From IMG/VR virus record IMGVR_UViG_3300020196_000017: a stretch of DNA of 64,000 bases. One strand, 5' to 3'. This DNA comes from an uncultured virus (IMG/VR IMGVR_UViG_3300020196_000017) (lineage: Duplodnaviria > Heunggongvirae > Uroviricota > Caudoviricetes). Positions 28,755 through 38,416 of the stretch are shown here, in pieces (the first letter of the stretch is position 1; the number at the start of each line of letters is the position of its first letter). The notes beneath the pieces are model-generated. The model was not told the DNA's origin, searched no databases, and saw only the letters and a list, made by a program, of their open reading frames with translations. The translations under genes were made by a program, and so were the position numbers.

Positions 28755-29089
28755 ATTCTTACAGTACGTCTGTAAATACTGTTCTTCCAGGATTGTTGTC
28801 TAATGATTGCGTGGATGGTGTGTGCCCAGTTCCCTGGGCCGTAGTTCCAACGCGACCGGAAATTAAAGAAGATGTAGTCAATCATCCCAGTCACTACACC
28901 GATGGTGGGATCGAATGTATTGAAGCAATTGAAGCTCAATTAACTCTTGAAGAGTATCGCGGTTACCTCAAGGGCAACATTGCAAAATATGTATGGCGTG
29001 AGCGTCACAAAGGAGGAAGTGAGTCCCTCAAGAAAGCCCAGTGGTACTTAACACGTCTTGTTGAGCTAGGCGACGTTCAGAAGGGCTGA
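28559..29089 (+). CDS. DUF3310-domain protein (start uncertain)
   Basis: VNHPSHYTDGGIECIEAI...GYLKGNIAKYVWR...KGG.ESLKKAQWYL. Confidence 0.8.
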   Translation: MSGRKGEDKFVDRGGTARNDGLHSVDGAGTSDGSSTQAQSIGDGAGRADRGDARDVTKAPWFNPVDSYSTSVNTVLPGLLSNDCVDGVCPVPWAVVPTRPEIKEDVVNHPSHYTDGGIECIEAIEAQLTLEEYRGYLKGNIAKYVWRERHKGGSESLKKAQWYLTRLVELGDVQKG

Positions 29090-29379
29090 AGCTCGTCTTC
29101 ATCATCGTCATCGTCATAGACCATACAGGCCTGGGCTAGTTCAGCTAGTTCCAGGTCCGTTGGAATATCAAAATCAAGTTCAATGTGTTCTCCGGCCATT
29201 ATTTCTTTTACCGCTTGCCACTCCATTAACCGCTGGTAGTAAAGGTTCAGGAGTGCGCTATGGAGTTGATCCCATGTCATTTCTTGCGCAGCAAGCTCAG
29301 CCTTACGCATGGAAAATTGAAGCTCTAATGGAAGTTCAAATTCGCGTGGTTCGACTGACCTCTCCATTGCGTTCTTCAT
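29077..29379 (-). CDS. nblA: NblA-like phycobilisome degradation protein with acidic C-terminal extension
   Basis: LPLELQFSMR...QEMTWDQL...LLNLYYQ matches the NblA pattern LxLEQQFxxR...QxMSxDQ...LxxLYxQ. Confidence 0.65.
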   Translation of the reverse strand: MKNAMERSVEPREFELPLELQFSMRKAELAAQEMTWDQLHSALLNLYYQRLMEWQAVKEIMAGEHIELDFDIPTDLELAELAQACMVYDDDDDEDELQPF

Positions 29380-29403
29380 GATTCTTTTGAAAGTATTCTA
29401 AGA

Positions 29404-30066
29404 CTAGCTTGCAAATATAGCGTCAAGGTCTTCTTCGGTGAATGGGTGCCAGGGGTTTTGCTTAATGTTGAATTCATTTGCAAATTCCGCCAGGAGATAG
29501 GGGTTGGTTACTTCTTCTAGTTTGCGGATTGCACGGACCTGGTGAGGTGCGGCACTGTAGTTTCGGAATGCAGTAAGAAGAATTTCAGTAGACGCCCAGG
29601 GACTGGCATTTACTTCTCGCAAGAACAAATCAACTTCTTCTCTCCGTCGTTCCAGCAAGCCACCAATGACTTTGTGTTCTTGGTCAAAGATCCAATGACT
29701 GATCTCATCTGTGGCAGCACCCCAGTCTTCTTGGTCGATGAAGTCGACGATGGCGCTGTAAAGAAAGGGTTCCCATCCAACAGAATGAACAAAAGAAATC
29801 AAAGCCTGTCGCATGGAGTCGTCCATATGGACATTTAACTCTTTCAACTGTTTATCAATTAGTTTGATTTCGTGAAACAGATATTCCAGGGCTTTTTCTT
29901 TGGTGCAGCAATGGCCTTGGCGCACAGCAGAACCATCGGGATAAAATTGAGTTCCATAACCAAATGTGTATGGGTCTTTGCCGGTTTGTTGATCCGGGTA
30001 CGCTTTTTCGTTAAAACCTTCGTATTTACGAATAATTTTTATGGCGTCGCCAAAGTAGCTACCCAT
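29404..30066 (-). CDS. phage lysozyme (GH24-like)
   Basis: KYEGF...AYPD...YTFGYGT; GLLERRREEVDLF. Confidence 0.8.
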   Translation of the reverse strand: MGSYFGDAIKIIRKYEGFNEKAYPDQQTGKDPYTFGYGTQFYPDGSAVRQGHCCTKEKALEYLFHEIKLIDKQLKELNVHMDDSMRQALISFVHSVGWEPFLYSAIVDFIDQEDWGAATDEISHWIFDQEHKVIGGLLERRREEVDLFLREVNASPWASTEILLTAFRNYSAAPHQVRAIRKLEEVTNPYLLAEFANEFNIKQNPWHPFTEEDLDAIFAS

Positions 30067-30112
30067 GGATTTAGATCAATTAAATCCATGATACACAAAT
30101 AATAATTAAGTG

Positions 30113-30238
30113 TTAGCCCTTTCCCTGGCCACGGGATTTTTTACGTCCGTGATTTGGCTTGGAATGTTGACCGTCACCTTGTTTGGTGCGCTTTGGCTTC
30201 GATTCTTTTTTTAAAGAAGTAGTTTTTGCTTTTCCCAT
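30113..30238 (-). CDS. small basic protein (41 aa)
   Basis: MGKAKTTSLKKESKPKRTKQGDGQHSK...RGQGKG. Confidence 0.55.
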   Translation of the reverse strand: MGKAKTTSLKKESKPKRTKQGDGQHSKPNHGRKKSRGQGKG

Positions 30239-30243
30239 TTAAG

Positions 30244-30549
30244 TCACCATTTAACTTTATCTGCCCAGTAAGCAGCCGACATCCTGCCTTTTGCAATGTT
30301 TTTTGCATGACGTGCTTTAAAGCTGGCACGTTTTTGTTTCATGCGTTCAGATTCACCAGCTTTGGGTTTACCAGCGGTCTCTGCTCCTTGCTCACCAAAC
30401 CTAATGATTTTTTCCTTCCCTCCTTCACACGCTTTGACAATGTGACTTTTCTTAGGATGCCCTGAAGTTTTTTGAGGTTTATTGCATGCCATTTCACTCT
30501 TCTTATACCGATGAGCGGCACTAGCTGCTTTTTTCGCCTTCTCAGACAT
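30244..30549 (-). CDS. basic conserved phage protein
   Basis: HPKKSHIVKAC...KIIRFGEQG...SFKARH...SAAYWADKVKW. Confidence 0.7.
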   Translation of the reverse strand: MSEKAKKAASAAHRYKKSEMACNKPQKTSGHPKKSHIVKACEGGKEKIIRFGEQGAETAGKPKAGESERMKQKRASFKARHAKNIAKGRMSAAYWADKVKW

Positions 30550-33289
30550 TTAAACCTTTAAACAACGAAGTAAATTCACCCAGGATTTGAGATCCGGTTT
30601 TGGATTTGTAATCCGAATCATCATCTTCTAATCCTAACTTAAAGTAATTATCCACAGTACCTGCTTTTTCTTCTTTATCAAAAGTATCTTTATCTTCCCC
30701 AAAGAAACTTTCAATCGTACCGAGGGATGCAAAGGGATCACTTAAATCAAGCCCAGAAGTTTTCAGTGCGGTATCTCTTCCAGACTTAGTAAGCAATACC
30801 TGTTCGCCACGATCTAAGTCTGGGAAAAAGTTTGTGTAAAACTCATCTTCAGTTCCTTGATACCCAGAAGATTGAAATACTCTATAAAGTTCGGTCTGGG
30901 GTTTGGCCATTTCATCTTTATAATCTTCTGGCCTTTCAATGTAAGTAACACCAAGCACTTCTTGAGTAGGGCGTTGGCGTTTCTCATTTAAGTATTTAAT
31001 TTCTTCTCGAATTTGTTGAGCAGAACCAGTGCGCAACGTTTCGATTACATACTGCTTTAACTCTTCAATATCTCCTTTAAATTCAGATAAACCATAACGT
31101 TCTAAAATCTCTTGCCAAGTATTTTTATCAGTAGGATCCAAGCCACGCAGCATCTCATCCGCAAATTCTTCTGGGGTTAAAAACTGCCCAAAAACCGACC
31201 CTTGCTTTAACGCTTCCTCTTTTAATGCCGGTAGTATTTGACTGTAAATATAATCGCTGACTTTGCTTGCATTAAGAATGTCATCAGCTGGGTCATAACC
31301 ACGTCCTTGTCCTTTTACCTGGAAGTGAACACGAGCAAATTGATCTTTATCGTTAACATCAATGCCAAAACGATAAGCTTGCTGAGCCCAGTACGGATCA
31401 CCGTTCTTTGCTGCTTCCCAATCAGCTTCCACGGTTGACTTTTGAGTAGCGTAATCAGCTTCTCTTGCTTTGTTTCCAGTGGGATTAAAGTAAAAATCAG
31501 CATCAAAATATCGACCAGGCGTGGACTTTAGCTGGTCAATATATTGTTTTGACCTAATATCTGCCACTAATTTGGCAGCATTCATAATGTCTTGCGTCTG
31601 AAAAGGATTTTGTTCTTCTTGTCGAATATCAAGATACTCAACAAATTCATCCATGGAACGAGATGTGTCAAAACGAGGAATCAAATACTTATCAATAAAC
31701 TCTCTTGCAAATTCGGCTTCTACTTTGATTTGTTGTTGTGCTTCTCCATCGGACAAGCCAAGCTCAATAGCTTCGTCATACTTAGTTTTTAACTCATTAT
31801 CAAACCATTGTTGCCAGTTGTAAGAAACATTGTTACGTACACCGCTAATTCCCTGGAGCTGTTTAAGCAAGGATTCTTCTGCTTTTCCTGCCGAAGTAAA
31901 GGAAAGCAGACCACCAACTCCTGAATCCCCCAGGATTGAATTAGATAGTTCTTTATTGATGTCGTAGATTTCAGAAAAACCACCAAAGCCCTGGAAGATT
32001 GCCAACTCTTGTTCTCTTGCTTTGGCTTTCTTCATTTCGCTAATGGTATCTTTTAAAACATTCTGTGCCAGGGCACCAAACTTTTTGACATCAACTTGGG
32101 CTTTTTCTCCTACTGCTTCGTTGATGGCGTCTTCTAATTCTGTAATTCCATAACCAGCATTAGCGTTGTAATTTAAACGAATTTGTTGATCCTCTGGACG
32201 ATCAGACAAACGGAATAACGCTGCAAAATCATCAGCTTTTGTTACATCTAAATAATTCTTTTTCGCCAGAGAATCCCAGTACGGATCATCGCGCTTAGCT
32301 TTTTCCCACTCAGCGGCAACTTCCGGAATGTTTAACAAACGTTGCGTTTGTGTATCTGTGTCAATACCTAACTGCAGGGTACGTGCCGCTTGAAGGTCTG
32401 CATCCGTGGGGGTTTCTTCAATGTATTTGTTAGCTGCTGTCGTTATTTCAGCAGCGTTACCGCGCCTTCCTGCTGCTTTACCTGTGTTTGTGTAATGTTG
32501 TAGGTAATATCCATTTTCGCCATACCTCTGGGTAATATCAATATCGTCATTGGCGACTGCAGCTTGCCAGGATTGGGAAACTTCGGGATTTTGGTTTTTG
32601 TAGTACGAAGGATCAAACTCACCATATGGCGGTTTAGCCCCAAGAGATGCATCCCATACTTGTAATTTTTCAGTCGAGTAAAAAGACTTGTAATAGTCTT
32701 CCAGGGTTTTCTTTAGTCTTGAGTCAATGTTCTGTATGTTACGAATTGTTTCCCGACGGTTAACATAATCACCGCCCTGCGTGTTGTTTGCCGTTCCAAC
32801 CGTTGTATCATATGCAGAGTTTTTTGCTGCATTTGCCTGGTTGGTACTGGTATTTGTAGCATTTAACTGCGAATTAGATTGATTGGTCGCTGCATTGATC
32901 TTATTTGCATTGCGATTTTGCTCGTTTAATTGAATATTGGTGTTGTTATATCGACTTCTTGTTTCGTAATCTGTGTAAGATTCTTGTTCCCAGTAACCTT
33001 GCTGAATTGGAACACTTTCAGTCCTTGTTACAGGAACCGCTGTCATTTGGGAACGACCCTGTGAATCGTATGTAGTTCTATATTCGTAAGTCGTGTATGT
33101 CCGCGTTTCCCAAACTGTTCGATATTTATAAACAGACCTGTATTTTGTTACCGGAACTCGATAGTAGTCAATCTCCGGGTAATCTGTTTTTAAATTCGTA
33201 GGAAAGTTAGTCGGATAATCAGTTTTATAATCTGTTTTTTCGTAACTTAAGTTCCATTTACGAGCAGCTGGATCATACGAAAGTCCCAT
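30542..33289 (-). CDS. large hypothetical protein, probably virion-associated
   Basis: 915-aa ORF in the structural module; internal W..AK..DPYW repeat. Confidence 0.7.
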   Translation of the reverse strand: MGLSYDPAARKWNLSYEKTDYKTDYPTNFPTNLKTDYPEIDYYRVPVTKYRSVYKYRTVWETRTYTTYEYRTTYDSQGRSQMTAVPVTRTESVPIQQGYWEQESYTDYETRSRYNNTNIQLNEQNRNANKINAATNQSNSQLNATNTSTNQANAAKNSAYDTTVGTANNTQGGDYVNRRETIRNIQNIDSRLKKTLEDYYKSFYSTEKLQVWDASLGAKPPYGEFDPSYYKNQNPEVSQSWQAAVANDDIDITQRYGENGYYLQHYTNTGKAAGRRGNAAEITTAANKYIEETPTDADLQAARTLQLGIDTDTQTQRLLNIPEVAAEWEKAKRDDPYWDSLAKKNYLDVTKADDFAALFRLSDRPEDQQIRLNYNANAGYGITELEDAINEAVGEKAQVDVKKFGALAQNVLKDTISEMKKAKAREQELAIFQGFGGFSEIYDINKELSNSILGDSGVGGLLSFTSAGKAEESLLKQLQGISGVRNNVSYNWQQWFDNELKTKYDEAIELGLSDGEAQQQIKVEAEFAREFIDKYLIPRFDTSRSMDEFVEYLDIRQEEQNPFQTQDIMNAAKLVADIRSKQYIDQLKSTPGRYFDADFYFNPTGNKAREADYATQKSTVEADWEAAKNGDPYWAQQAYRFGIDVNDKDQFARVHFQVKGQGRGYDPADDILNASKVSDYIYSQILPALKEEALKQGSVFGQFLTPEEFADEMLRGLDPTDKNTWQEILERYGLSEFKGDIEELKQYVIETLRTGSAQQIREEIKYLNEKRQRPTQEVLGVTYIERPEDYKDEMAKPQTELYRVFQSSGYQGTEDEFYTNFFPDLDRGEQVLLTKSGRDTALKTSGLDLSDPFASLGTIESFFGEDKDTFDKEEKAGTVDNYFKLGLEDDDSDYKSKTGSQILGEFTSLFKGLNV

Positions 33290-33290
33290 G

Positions 33291-33653
33291 TCACACCGCC
33301 AAGGTCAAGCTGCTGTCGTAATGTAAAAAAATGTCGATTACATCTTGCGACATCCAAGCTTTAATTCTATCCAGCCTAGCTTCGCTAAAGAATTCTTGAT
33401 TTTGATACCACTGTTCCATGGGTGTACTGGACTTGGACGCATTGCAACGTCGACAGCATGGAATTAAATTATATCGATTGCTGGAACCAGAACGAAAACG
33501 GGGTATGATGTGATCCAAGCTTGTTGCATCTGCATCACAATATCCACACTTATGTTCCCAGTCTTTGTAAATCTCCTCTCTAAAACGTTTTTTAGCAAGT
33601 TTGGGGGTTATCTCAACGAGTAAAGCAAGTGGTTCATGCTCGCTCGCAAACAT
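33291..33653 (-). CDS. HNH endonuclease
   Basis: CGYC...SLDHIIP...NLIPCCRRCNASK. Confidence 0.85.
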   Translation of the reverse strand: MFASEHEPLALLVEITPKLAKKRFREEIYKDWEHKCGYCDADATSLDHIIPRFRSGSSNRYNLIPCCRRCNASKSSTPMEQWYQNQEFFSEARLDRIKAWMSQDVIDIFLHYDSSLTLAV

Positions 33654-33788
33654 ACTTTTCAGTAGTCGTTACCTTATTCTAAGTTTGATCATCCGTATAG
33701 AACTGTTACAAAACCATTAAAGCTTTCTTAAAAACCATGTCGTTTTTTTCATAATCGGTAAGGTGTTTTTGTACGCGTTTCTTTGCGC

Positions 33789-34014
33789 CATGACCAAAGT
33801 CCGAGGTTGGGTTCCTGTCAGCAGAGCTGTTGAGCTGCTCGGTATTGACCGCAAGACTCTCTTTAAGCTCCGCGACAACGGCACCTTGAAACTGGGGCCG
33901 CACTTCGCAGCTTTTCCTGAGACCCGTTCCCGTGATAGCTATCGGTGGAATACCGAAAACATCAGGAAGCATCTGCGGAAACAAGCTCCGGAATTGCTGA
34001 CTGTTTCAAATTAA
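33789..34014 (+). CDS. small HTH / excisionase-like DNA-binding protein
   Basis: GWVPVSRAVELLGIDRKTL...YRWN; likely start at MTKVRG (ATG ~33790) within ORF 33763..34014. Confidence 0.6.
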
Positions 34015-34423
34015 TTTGCTTATAGAATTTTTTGCGAAATTGATAACTAAGAACCAGATCAGTAATGTTGTACGACACCTGACCTGACGCAATAGTTTTA
34101 TAGATCAAAAAGCAAAGTTCTTCCCAACAGCTTTCCACATTGGAAGGCTGTTTTTCTTTAAGTTGAAATAAAAGAACCCATTGTGGATGCAATGGGCGAA
34201 GAGGTCTTTTTTTATTTTTAATTGATATTGTGTTATCAACATTCCAACGGAAACCTTTTAGTTCTTCTGGCTTAACACCAAAGGTTGCCATCATGCCATA
34301 AAACCAACTTATCTTTCGACCGTTGCGGAATGAAAGACTATGGAAAAAATCATCCACTATCCGCTGGTCAAGCGGCGGAGGCTGAAAAGGAATCATGGCG
34401 TGTACTGCGGCGGTAGAACCCAA
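33962..34423 (-). CDS. degenerate tyrosine-recombinase-like protein
   Basis: WFYGMMATFGVKPEEL resembles the integrase box I (ATYGLRPxE); PLHPQWV; no clear HxxR or Tyr box. Confidence 0.45.
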   Translation of the reverse strand: MGSTAAVHAMIPFQPPPLDQRIVDDFFHSLSFRNGRKISWFYGMMATFGVKPEELKGFRWNVDNTISIKNKKRPLRPLHPQWVLLFQLKEKQPSNVESCWEELCFLIYKTIASGQVSYNITDLVLSYQFRKKFYKQINLKQSAIPELVSADAS

Positions 34424-34523
34424 CCGTATGCATGGTACCTAACAGAGCGTCAGCTCTAAAGCAATTCTTAATGAGTCCCGTGGGACTTAGTATAAGTATA
34501 CATTATGCATTAAGCAATATTAC

Positions 34524-34751
34524 TTAGTCAGGTCCTATGCCACTTGCATATGCAGCCCAGGCTTTTCCAATTGCACTCATGGTAGACGTTTCACCAGATA
34601 CGTAAGGAAGGTGTACAACATCACCCACGTGATAAACAGTGGGAATACCGCTGTAAGATACTTTACTATTGCCATAAATACGGCCATCTAATTGGTCAGA
34701 AGAATAAATAAAATTAGTGTCAACAACGTCACCAAAAATTGGTCCGCTCAT
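34524..34751 (-). CDS. hypothetical protein
   Basis: 75-aa ORF coupled to the upstream gene. Confidence 0.55.
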   Translation of the reverse strand: MSGPIFGDVVDTNFIYSSDQLDGRIYGNSKVSYSGIPTVYHVGDVVHLPYVSGETSTMSAIGKAWAAYASGIGPD

Positions 34752-36301
34752 AATCCTGGTCTTTGATTAAGTGCCGGAGTATAGAAATCTCCATTTTTAT
34801 CAATCATTTTAAAACCTGCCATGCGCACAAATGTCGATGGTACGTTAAATAATTTTTGCATCATCGGCATCATCATTGGTGCTTGGCAATTGTAAGGAGG
34901 CACATCCATTCTTGCCAGCGACATTCTTTGTAAATCAGCTGCCCTTGCTTCTGTTTGGTCTTTTTCTGTATCTTCTACCAGCTTTTGTTCCCATGCTGTC
35001 ATGCTCTCAATGCCAACAGGAAAATCAGAAGGCTCGGGAGGAAACACACCTTCTTCATACTTCATGGCATAAATATGTTTGCAATAGCGAATTTCATCAA
35101 GCAACGGAGTCCATGTATCTGTAATCGCAGTAATTACATTTCCTGTAGCAGCATAATCATTGTAAGTAGGCATGCCTTCCGACCTTGATCCAGGTAATGA
35201 AGGATTGCTGGTGCTTCTTAAATACATTGAACCAAAATCTCGAAAAACGCCTGGATTATCTCTATTTGCACCAGGGACTGTAGATGAGCTTGGCGTAACA
35301 GTTGGAGGAACATTAAATTGAGGTGCCGGAGAAATAATTTTCATTTCCCTATTTTCTTGCGCAGAAGTCATCGCAGAGTTATCCACTACTCCACGCTTAG
35401 TCATGATTTCATATCGACCGGGCTTTAATACTGCAATATTCGTACGGGGAAATGCACGTTTATTCGTATCGCTTAACGTTTTCATATATTGATAATCACG
35501 CCGAGTAAAGTCTTGACAAGAACAACAGTACCTTGTTCCGGTCATCAAAAACCTACCAACATTCGGTGGTCTGCTTGCAGGAGTAATTAGTTGCCGATCA
35601 GGTGTTGCTTCAACCGAACCTTCTTTGCGTAATTTAAGAATGCCTGTAAATGGATCCGTATCAACTAAAACAGCTTGTACATAACCATATCTTTTTTGTG
35701 TTGTAGGATCAATCGTGTCCCTGGTTATAGGAACACCATTTGCAGTAATAATACGATCTTCTAAAATTTCGCCATTAATTGCTTTTAGTCCACCAGGTAC
35801 TCCTGGGATCGCAACATAAAGGGGAGGTGGAAGCGGATTTGTAGTGCTCCAGGATCCTGCTAATTGTATATACCAATATGTATCATCTTCTGTGATTGAA
35901 GCAATAGAAGTCTTAACTCCTGTGCTGTCTTCAACGTTATCAAAACGCAAGCTGCCAGCAACTCGGATACCAGCCCAATGCATTCCAAATTCTTTGTTCT
36001 TAGTGGGAAAGCCTTTAAAAATACCTGGAATTAAAGGCGGATTCCCTGTATTGGACGGCGTTCCAGAAGGTACTGGAATTGTGTATTGAAATGGATATTC
36101 GTAAGAATTGTCATAAAAACAAGCCGTGGCAATTTCATAGCCACGCCTCCAGCGAGTCCAAGCAGATTCTCTATTTACAGCATATAAAGAATCTGGAACA
36201 GAACCTTTGGAGAATTCTGTTGTAATTGGTTTTACCGGTCTAGGGTCAAACGTTTTTACTTTTCCAAAGGTTCCGAAAGAGCTTCCACTCTTTTTTGCCA
36301 T
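34748..36301 (-). CDS. hypothetical protein with a split SWIM-like Zn motif
   Basis: YCCSCQDF...(long insert)...YCKHIYAM. Confidence 0.7.
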   Translation of the reverse strand: MAKKSGSSFGTFGKVKTFDPRPVKPITTEFSKGSVPDSLYAVNRESAWTRWRRGYEIATACFYDNSYEYPFQYTIPVPSGTPSNTGNPPLIPGIFKGFPTKNKEFGMHWAGIRVAGSLRFDNVEDSTGVKTSIASITEDDTYWYIQLAGSWSTTNPLPPPLYVAIPGVPGGLKAINGEILEDRIITANGVPITRDTIDPTTQKRYGYVQAVLVDTDPFTGILKLRKEGSVEATPDRQLITPASRPPNVGRFLMTGTRYCCSCQDFTRRDYQYMKTLSDTNKRAFPRTNIAVLKPGRYEIMTKRGVVDNSAMTSAQENREMKIISPAPQFNVPPTVTPSSSTVPGANRDNPGVFRDFGSMYLRSTSNPSLPGSRSEGMPTYNDYAATGNVITAITDTWTPLLDEIRYCKHIYAMKYEEGVFPPEPSDFPVGIESMTAWEQKLVEDTEKDQTEARAADLQRMSLARMDVPPYNCQAPMMMPMMQKLFNVPSTFVRMAGFKMIDKNGDFYTPALNQRPGL

Positions 36302-36304
36302 GAC

Positions 36305-37084
36305 TTAGAAGAATCCGCCTTGAGCACTAATGTGAGCACCTGGAGTATAACCAGAGATATTGGGACCGTCAGGGAAAACGCCAACGTAAATACGGTCGCC
36401 GCGTTCTAAATAAACACCTTTATTCCGAAGAGGAGAACCGTTACCAAGTCCAGTAGTGTTACCAGCGGAAACCACAGGAACGGCAAGTTCAGGCATTACA
36501 TCAGTACAGTCAACACGCTGTGTATTGGCTGGGACTTGTTTAATAAATAAAACTTTGTAATCACCTGACGCGGGAATCGGGGTCGTTGTACCACGGGTGT
36601 GGTAGAACACAAAAGTTACTTCTGGTTGATAACCATAGTTAACACCGTTGTAATTAAACCCGGAAGAAGTACCACCTGAATAAAGAAGATTGGTATTAAC
36701 ACCTGTAAGTGTTGTAGCTCCGGTATAAGTGTAATAACCAAAACCATTTGAGGCGGCACTAGTTAAGACGCCAGTTTCAAAAACAAGAACAACTTGCCCA
36801 CTTACCAACGAGACAACAGCGCCTGAGGTAGCAGCACTTACAACGTAATCAGCATCGCGGTAATAATCGTTTCTAACAATTTCAATTGAGTCAACAACAC
36901 CGCCATTATTGTTGTCTTCGCTAAGGGCAGCATCCATGTCCACCAAAATAGATGGAGCTTGGCCGCCTTGAACAAACACAGTATTTGAAGAAGCGCTGCC
37001 AACGGTTTGAGTCGTGACACGCACCGAATCAAACAGCGGCCTATCAATAAAAAGGGGTTGCTTGTTCGTGCTAGTACTTGACAT
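36305..37084 (-). CDS. putative virion structural protein
   Basis: 259 aa, Ser/Thr/Gly-rich, in the structural module. Confidence 0.65.
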   Translation of the reverse strand: MSSTSTNKQPLFIDRPLFDSVRVTTQTVGSASSNTVFVQGGQAPSILVDMDAALSEDNNNGGVVDSIEIVRNDYYRDADYVVSAATSGAVVSLVSGQVVLVFETGVLTSAASNGFGYYTYTGATTLTGVNTNLLYSGGTSSGFNYNGVNYGYQPEVTFVFYHTRGTTTPIPASGDYKVLFIKQVPANTQRVDCTDVMPELAVPVVSAGNTTGLGNGSPLRNKGVYLERGDRIYVGVFPDGPNISGYTPGAHISAQGGFF

Positions 37085-37164
37085 TCACTTTCTCCTGCTT
37101 AGCTTTTGCGCAGCACCGCTTAGGGTTATAGCTTTTATTTTAGTAGACAATACTTCTATTTGCT

Positions 37165-37425
37165 TCAGGTCATGAAATCTTGAAAGCTGCCAAAAGGAGT
37201 CTCTGGCAAAGGCATGGAAAGCCTGGCCATGATCTCTGGATCATTTTGCATTGCTAAAAATCTTTGAAAATATTGACCTTCGTCAGTACCTGGTTGAAAT
37301 TTAAATTTCTTTTTTGCCATGTATGCTGTTTTTAATTGAGGATACGCACCGTAATCCTCTAAACCAGCAGAATAAACTTCCCCTGGAAGATAAGAAGAAT
37401 CTACATAATCAGAAAATTTGGCCAT
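37165..37425 (-). CDS. hypothetical protein
   Basis: 86-aa ORF, TAATG-coupled. Confidence 0.55.
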   Translation of the reverse strand: MAKFSDYVDSSYLPGEVYSAGLEDYGAYPQLKTAYMAKKKFKFQPGTDEGQYFQRFLAMQNDPEIMARLSMPLPETPFGSFQDFMT

Positions 37426-38183
37426 TACGCTTCTTCTCCCACGAAAAATTTTAAGAAATCTTGAGGTGTTGGTAAGTTCATCCCTGTGTCCAAAGATAAT
37501 AAATTACCAACTGCTGGTGCACTCATCAACGAACTCCGTTGTTGACGAAGAAAAGGAATCGCGCCCATAACTTTTTGGAGTAAGCCGGAACCTAATAAAT
37601 CACCACGTTGAACTTGTTGCGCGGTAACTGATGGTTGTGCCTCCACAGCGGCAAGAGAATCAGATCCCTGGGGCGCACGTGCTTTTCCTTGTTCAAAAAA
37701 CTTTTGAATCTGAGAAGAAGATTTAACGGGTTGTCCGTAATAGCTTTTACCAGACATAGTGGGGAAAGAAGCCCACTCAGGAGAAAGAGCTGCCTGAATC
37801 TGCGGAGTTAATGTGCCCGCCTTACTAATTGCCGCTAATCCGCCCAAGGGCATAAGACGTTCCCGTACTTTTGCAAGCATGGCAATGTCTTGAGATTGAG
37901 GACCAAAATCCTTTAGCCCCAAACGTTTTTGAACAGCTGCATAAGTTCCGGGCATAAATTGATACGCACCAGCAGCCGCACTGGAATAACCGCCAGGAGA
38001 ACTGATTACACGATCTGGATGGCGCGAAAAGTCCTTAAAACGACCGCCGCCAAACATGACATTGTAACCAGGGCCACCACCAAGGATTGTTCCTTCTGCA
38101 CCAGCGATAGCTTGTTTTAAGCCAGAGAATGCGCCGGGATTTTGCCTGGCCCACTGCTCTAATAACTGACGCTCCTTGGACAT
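37425..38183 (-). CDS. lambda-R-like muramidase / lytic transglycosylase, probably virion-associated
   Basis: AEGT...YNVMFGG...DFSRHP...SAAAGAYQF...DFGPQSQD...EWASFP...YGQP. Confidence 0.85.
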   Translation of the reverse strand: MSKERQLLEQWARQNPGAFSGLKQAIAGAEGTILGGGPGYNVMFGGGRFKDFSRHPDRVISSPGGYSSAAAGAYQFMPGTYAAVQKRLGLKDFGPQSQDIAMLAKVRERLMPLGGLAAISKAGTLTPQIQAALSPEWASFPTMSGKSYYGQPVKSSSQIQKFFEQGKARAPQGSDSLAAVEAQPSVTAQQVQRGDLLGSGLLQKVMGAIPFLRQQRSSLMSAPAVGNLLSLDTGMNLPTPQDFLKFFVGEEA

Positions 38184-38196
38184 TGGTGCTTCCGGT

Positions 38197-38313
38197 TCAA
38201 TCTCCTACCCAATTTGATTCTGCCTTAAGACCGGGGATGAATACTGCTTGGAGTGCCAAAACAAGACTCAGTTTGGCAGTAAGTCGACGGACAAAATTAC
38301 GGCAGAGAATCAT
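38197..38313 (-). CDS. 38-aa signal-peptide-like ORF
   Basis: MILCRNFVRRLTAKLSLVLALQAVFIPGLKAESNWVGD. Confidence 0.4.
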   Translation of the reverse strand: MILCRNFVRRLTAKLSLVLALQAVFIPGLKAESNWVGD

Positions 38314-38416
38314 TTGGTTAATGCAACAACACTGGCCTCCGTAGATCAAAGATCTGTTATCCAGCTGGTGGACTTACGCACAAAGTACTGCCAAGTAAAT
38401 TTAGTTTACCAGGAAG

